The notes beneath the pieces were generated by a model that was not told where the DNA came from, did no database searches, and was given only the letters and a program-made list of their open reading frames with translations. A stretch of 63,497 nt of DNA, counting the filler, from Aduncisulcus paluster (lineage: Eukaryota): NCBI GenBank assembly GCA_024181965.1. It is 14 parts of 14 records of this genome, joined end to end, with 100 filler letters (N's around TTAATTAATTAA, not from the genome) between each part and the next. Parts side by side here need not be neighbours in the genome. Positions count along the whole stretch, not along the records: positions 57,522 to 58,527 come from BQXS01008105.1; positions 58,628 to 59,932 come from BQXS01008115.1; positions 60,033 to 61,574 come from BQXS01008143.1; positions 61,675 to 63,497 come from BQXS01008177.1; 10 more parts are not named here. One strand, written 5' to 3'. Position 1 is the stretch's first letter. Every line of letters begins with the position of its first letter. Positions 57,522 through 63,497 of the stretch are shown piece by piece. Position numbers and translations under genes: made by a program.

Positions 57522-58527
57522 AAACAATCTGCAGCTCCGTTCTGAGCTCCAGCAACATGTATTATGTCAAATGAATACTCTGAGAGTGACAAAAACCAGC
57601 GTCCCACCTTCGCACTAGTATCGGTTCTCAAGAAAGTTAGATTTCGATGATCAGTGTGCAATGTGAAGTTATGTCCACGAAGGAAATAATCTAACTTATG
57701 AATTGAGGACACAATTGCCCAGGCTTCCTTTTCATAGGTAGACCAACGGCGTTGGACAGCAGACAACGCCTTAGAAATCAGAGCCAGAGGAGAACGTTTT
57801 CCGGTTTTCGAAATTTGAAGCAAGATACCTCCCATACCATAATCGGAAGCATCTGTGAAAAGATGTAGTTCCTGATTGTCATCCGGAAAAGCAAGACGAA
57901 TCGAACTCTTTATAATTTGTTTGATTTTAATAAATTGTTTGTCTAACTTCTCCGACCAAACAAATTTCTCGTCCTTTTCAGTTAATCTTCGCATGTCGTG
58001 GCAAATAACAGAGCAATTTGGAATAAAATCCCTGACAAAGTTGATCAAGCCAAGAAAACTTCTGACTTCAGTCTTACTGCGAGGCCGAGCCATGTTGACA
58101 ATTCCATTCAGACGAGAAGGTGATATCTCTTTCCCAAACTTCGAAATCACAAATCCCAAAAACTCCAAAGATTGGAATCCAATCAAGCATTTCTTGGGGT
58201 TAAGTTTGAGACCATAATCCTTGATTCTGTTAAGCACAAGCTCCAAGTTAATAGTAAATTCGTCTTTTGATTTGCCAAAAATCAACACATCGTCAATGTA
58301 GACGAGGCAGACAGGACCAATTAATCCTTGTAACACTCTGTTCATTACGAACTGAAAATGCGACGGAGCATTTACCAAACCACACGGCATCATCTCGTAC
58401 TTAAAAAGGCCTGAGGGCGTTTTAAACGAAGTCAGGTCTGCAGATTTGTTCTCCAAAGGAATCTGATGAAATCCTTTCGACAAATCTAGGGTAGCGAAAT
58501 AAATACAACCGCCTAAATCTCCCAAAC
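57522..58527 (-). mobile_element. Ty3/gypsy pol fragment (RT + RNase H)
   Basis: LDLSKGFHQI, MPCGLVNAP, VYIDDVLI, FTDASDYGMG, WSTYEKEAWAI, TDHRNL. Confidence 0.93.
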
Positions 58528-58892
58528 NNNNNNNNNNNNNNNNNNNNNNNNNNNNNNNNNNNNNNNNNNNNTTAATTAATTAANNNNNNNNNNNNNNNNN
58601 NNNNNNNNNNNNNNNNNNNNNNNNNNNAAGAAATTTTTATAGTAAAATAAAGGCAAATCTGTTTCAGTCATTTTATTTTTCTTTTTCCTGCTCGTAGAAT
58701 GCATTAAATAGCATTTCAACATTAAATTTAAGAAAATAAGACAATAAAATTTATTAGATACCCATTAAAACGTATTTTTAATTTTAAGTTGTAAAATATA
58801 GTTTTTAACAACTTAAAATACTATTTTTTACAACTGAAATAAACTTGTAACCACTCCTTTATTTTCCTGTAATTCAATACATGGTCGCGCAC

Positions 58893-59048
58893 TTTACTCC
58901 AGATTTACTCCGAATTGAGTAACCAAAAACTTTTTTACTCAGCGTAATGAAGTAAAATTTACTGTTAAATTGAAGAGTAAATTTTACTTCATGTTACTGT
59001 TGTAAAGTTACTTATATATTACTCAGACCGAAGTAAAGCCGGAGTAAA
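58893..59048. repeat. About 156-bp imperfect fold-back palindrome in an AT-rich non-coding contig
   Basis: Perfect 17-bp inner arms 58947-58963 and 58976-58992. Outer arms TTTACTCCAGATTTACTCCGAATTGAGTAA vs TTACTCAGACCGAAGTAAAGCCGGAGTAAA. Confidence 0.85.
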
Positions 59049-61104
59049 CGGGACAATAATAGGTTCTTGCAAATTTACTCTTCTATCTATATCTTAATTT
59101 ATAAAAATAAAAATAAAACAAAGAAAAAAATAAAAATCGTTGGAGTCCCCCCCTTTTTTTGGGATATGAGAGAGTTAAGGGGGGACAACAAGGGGGGAAG
59201 CAGTGAAGGGCAGAAAACAAGAATGATACAATAAATCATAAGTCTTACGCTCCCCCGGGTTGATCAGACCCAGGGGAACTGCTTTTTCATATTATCATGT
59301 GCCCAAAACTAAAGCCCGCAATTGTGAGATTCACACCGAAAGGTTAATGTGGGAAATATTAGAATGTAAATTAAGATTAAAGGTATAATAAATAGTTAAT
59401 AATTTATTTTTGTGCATGAATTATTGATAATATGCTCATGTTAAGAGATCAGAAATAAGATCTGGAATTAAGAAGTCAGACGGATATTATAAAACATATT
59501 ATTAATAAATATTTCTAATATACTTAAATTTATTATTTATTCTTCTTCTGCTAATCCTTTTCCCTGACATTGGTGAAATTTGAAAAAGACTGATTTCTCC
59601 TTGGTTGTTATAATAAAATTTTTTATTATAGCGTTTTTATTATTTATATTGGATTTTATAAAGGTTTTTATTGTTGTTTTTTTAATAAATGCATTTTAAT
59701 ATCTGACCTTGATGACATTTGAAAAATTCTTATATATCGGGTAAAATAAAAAAAAATATTTCTTAATTTAAGTATCAGCATCTCCCATGGATTTTAATGG
59801 GATATATATCGGTCTTTTCCGGATTTATGCTGTTTTATTCTGACCCAATCCTGACCATTTTGTGATGATCATTATTTTCCAAGATCATATGATTAACATG
59901 AAGATATTAAAATTTTAAAAAAAGAATAAACANNNNNNNNNNNNNNNNNNNNNNNNNNNNNNNNNNNNNNNNNNNNTTAATTAATTAANNNNNNNNNNNN
60001 NNNNNNNNNNNNNNNNNNNNNNNNNNNNNNNNAGTGCAGCCAGCAGTCTGACAGCAATCTTCTTTGAAAGAAACTCAATGGCGGCAGCGTAAACCTTTGA
60101 AGTGTCTAAAAATGCTTCAATATTGGTTGAAGTGACTGAGGTTTCTCCAGAAATAATCGGGGGGAGAGAAGAAGAGATCATCTCTTTAAGCTCTGAGTAT
60201 CGACGTTTCGTGGCTTTTAAAACCAACTTAACGTTTCTATTGATAGTCTTGAAGCTGTCCAAACCTGAAATGGGAGGGTTTGATTCCATTTTGTAAGCAA
60301 AACATAAATCACATAATAATAAAATTCTTTATGTTCTAATAACGATAAAAACTATTTATATTGTTTATTTTATTAATTTTGGCAATACATTTATAATTTT
60401 ATTTTCGGTTTTAAGAAATGTAACCAAACGGTTTTCAATTTTGAAAACCGAAAAAATCATTATGTATGAGGAAAACCGAAACTTTTTTCGGTTCTGCTCA
60501 AAAAAAGTTTCCCTGTGTTGAGGCTTGGCTGCGAGTCAAGACCATAGAAGCAAGCTGCGGTTTGCTGAAGAGAGACTCACTGTGGTGATCCTCGTCGGGT
60601 GAGGAGTTCTTAAGGCTGAGGTCTTCTCTCCTCTTCCCAAGGTGTTCTTTTTTTTTTTTTTTTCTTTTTTTTATTTATTTCAGTTCTCAGAAGGAACCTC
60701 AGTTCTGGGGTGGAAGTGTAGGTTTCTCAGTGTTCTATTAATAGACCTGATGTCCTTCCGTTTACTTTCAATAAATTGCTACCGTTTCTATCTCAGAGAT
60801 AACGACAGAGGTGGCACAGCCTTGTGCGTAAGATTCACCCTATGCAACTTTGCAAGTACTTATCGATCAAAAGATGCTGCTTGGGTTNNNNNNNNNNNNN
60901 NNNNNNNAAACCGAAAAAATCATTATGTATGAGGAAAACCGAAACTTTTTTCGGTTCTGCTCAAAAAAAGTTTCCCTGTGTTGAGGCTTGGCTGCGAGTC
61001 AAGACCATAGAAGCAAGCTGCGGTTTGCTGAAGAGAGACTCACTGTGGTGATCCTCGTCGGGTGAGGAGTTCTTAAGGCTGAGGTCTTCTCTCCTCTTCC
61101 CAAG

Positions 61105-61574
61105 GTGTTCTTTTTTTTTTTTTTTTCTTTTTTTTATTTATTTCAGTTCTCAGAAGGAACCTCAGTTCTGGGGTGGAAGTGTAGGTTTCTCAGTGTTCTA
61201 TTAATAGACCTGATGTCCTTCCGTTTACTTTCAATAAATTGCTACCGTTTCTATCTCAGAGATAACGACAGAGGTGGCACAGCCTTGTGCGTAAGATTCA
61301 CCCTATGCAACTTTGCAAGTACTTATCGATCAAAAGATGCTGCTTGGGTTGAATGTACAGTGCTGGAAGAGAGATCAAAAGAACCTTCTATGGCCGTTTT
61401 AAGGGAGTTTCTTGATGATCTTGATCACCTTCACAAAGGTATCATTTTGAAGATGAATGGGGTAGATTGTCTTCTTTATGGCTATTTACATCATATTATA
61501 TGTGATGGTAAGCAGAAGTGGATCAACATGGATGCTCCAATGGGTGGCCATCATCCATGTCCATGGTGCACTAC
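61105..61574 (+). mobile_element. Possible DDE transposase fragment (CMC/Transib/RAG1-like), truncated
   Basis: HIICDGK...GGHHPCPWC resembles the second catalytic Asp plus CxxC of CMC/Transib transposases. An upstream D.GG may hold the first Asp. 60908-61350 duplicates 60445-60887. Confidence 0.4.
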
Positions 61575-61674
61575 NNNNNNNNNNNNNNNNNNNNNNNNNN
61601 NNNNNNNNNNNNNNNNNNTTAATTAATTAANNNNNNNNNNNNNNNNNNNNNNNNNNNNNNNNNNNNNNNNNNNN

Positions 61675-63348
61675 CGATCGGGGTGGACACCCCGTTGGCG
61701 CGGTGCTCAATCCGGTCGACGATCCACTTGAGCACGCGGCTGTTCTCACCGAATCCGGGCCACAGGAACCGGCCGTCATCACCGCGACGGAACCAGTTGA
61801 CGAAGAACACCTTCGGCAGCTTGGATTCATCGGCCTGCTTGCCGACGTTGATCCAGTGGTTCAGGTAGTCGCCCACGTGGTAGCCCATGAACGGCAGCAT
61901 CGCCATCGGGTCGCGCCGCACGGTGCCGACCTTGCCTTCGGCGGCCGCGGTCTGCTCCGAACCCAGTGTGCCGCCGATGAACACGCCGTGCTGCCAGTCC
62001 CGGGCCTCGGTCACCAGCGGCACCGTCGTCTTGCGTCGGCCACCGAACAGGATTGCCGAGATCGGCACACCCTGCGGNNNNNNNNNNNNNNNNNNNNNNN
62101 NNNNNNNNNNNNNNNNNNNNNNNNNNNNNNNNNATCCCACTCGGGAGCCAGGATGGGGCACTGCGACATCGGGGTGCAGTAGCGCGAATTCGGGTGCGCC
62201 GCTTTGGTCTCGGTCTCCCGCAGGATCCAGTCCTGACCCTTCCAGTCGATCAGGTGCTCCGGCTCGCCCTCCAGGCCTTCCCACCACACATCGTTGTCGT
62301 CGGTGCGCGCGACGTTGGTGAAGACGGTGTTGCCGGCCTCGATGGTCTTCATGGCGTTGGGGTTCGAGCTCCAGTTGGTGCCCGGTGCCACGCCGAAGAA
62401 TCCGAATTCCGGGTTGACGGCGTACAGACGGCCGTCCTTGCCGAAGCGCATCCAGGCGATGTCGTCGCCCAATGTCTCTGCCCGCCAACCGGGAATGGTC
62501 GGCTGGATCATGGCGAGGTTCGTCTTACCGCAGGCCGACGGGAACGCGGCGGCCACGTAGTACGCCTTGTTCTCCGGCGAGATGAGCTTGAGGATGAGCA
62601 TGTGCTCGGCGAGCCAGCCCTCGTCGTGGGCCATCGCCGAGGCGATACGCAGTGAGTAGCACTTCTTGCCCAGCAGCGCGTTACCGCCGTAGCCCGACCC
62701 GTAGGACCAGATTTCACGGCTCTCGGGGAAGTGCGTGATGTACTTGGTGTCATTGCACGGCCACGGAACGTCGTCCTGGCCGGGCTCCAGCGGTGCACCG
62801 ATCGAGTGCAGGGCCTTGACGAAGAATCCGTCACCACCCAGCTTCTCCAGCGCGGCAGCACCCATCCGGGTCATCACTCGCATGGAGGCGACCACGTACT
62901 CCGAGTCCGTGATCTCCACGCCCAGCTTGGGGTCGTCGGCACCGAGCGGGCCCATGCAGAACGGCACCACCCACATGGTGCGTCCGCGCATGCTGCCGCG
63001 GTACAGCTCGGTCATGGTCGCGCGCATCTCGGCGGGGTCCACCCAGTTGTTGGTGGGGCCGGCGTCCTCTTCGCGCTCCGAGCAGATGTAGGTCCGCGAT
63101 TCCACGCGCGCGACATCCGACGGGTCCGACAGTGCCAGGAACGAGTTGGGGTGCCTCTCAGAGTTCAGGCGCTGGAAGGTGCCCGCGTCCACCAGCTGCT
63201 GAGAAACTCGCGCGAACTCCTCGTCCGAACCGTCAGCAAACACGACTCGATCGGGTTGTGTCAGCTCAGCGACCTCACGAACCCACGCAAGCAATCCCGC
63301 GTGTTTCGTCGGAGCGTTGTCAAGACCGGGAATGGTCGCTGCTGTCAT
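61675..63348 (-). CDS. pckA: GTP-dependent phosphoenolpyruvate carboxykinase (mycobacterial), gapped and 3'-truncated
   Basis: [10 protein letters not shown] start with a [89 protein letters not shown]. Confidence 0.97.
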
Positions 63349-63497
63349 CGAGAGCATCTCCTCTGTGGGGTACACAGGGCCACACGGGCACTGGTCGGCA
63401 CCTAGATATATGAGGTTAGCGCTGGTGTCGTTCAGCGTGAAACGGGGTCATGGACAGTCCGTCATAGCCCTAGTAGCAGCGGTCCAGACCCCAGCTG

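Noticed and set aside
31052-61674. Recurrent TTAATTAATTAA as a biological repeat, and gene neighbourhoods spanning it (for example Ro60 next to reverse transcriptases as a retron-like system)
   Set aside because: The 12-mer is always centred in a fixed-length N spacer, so it is an artificial join. Adjacency across spacers carries no biological meaning.

Overview
This window is not one locus. It is 14 unrelated contigs joined by 13 artificial 100-nt spacers (N44-TTAATTAATTAA-N44), and several contigs contain 20-N gaps flanked by duplicated sequence. Most of it comes from a gene-dense, intron-poor, flagellated anaerobic microbial eukaryote; I infer a free-living fornicate/metamonad such as Aduncisulcus, but cannot verify this without a search. 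Contig 1 (1-31051) encodes a Ras GTPase, Nup62/Nsp1, a five-repeat orphan protein, head-to-head RPB2 and RPC2, a DNAH1-like dynein heavy chain and a degenerate USP. Contig 37300-50295 encodes a class F flavodiiron fusion, Grx5, PAC2, LSm4, PSMA1, SSNA1, SERF, a class I fumarase and a coiled-coil protein. Smaller contigs hold kinase-repeat genes, non-LTR and Ty3/gypsy RT fragments and a possible DDE transposase. Four contigs are bacterial co-assembly: one AT-rich Campylobacterota-like piece and three GC-rich mycobacterial pieces (DUF222/REP13E12, Ro60/TROVE, GTP-PEPCK). The most interesting signals are two tandem structured Y-RNA-like units abutting the Ro60 ribosome-binding site, chains of overlapping palindromes in eukaryotic intergenic DNA, the RPB2/RPC2 divergent pair, the class F FDP/Grx5 pair and invariant GTATGTT intron donors.
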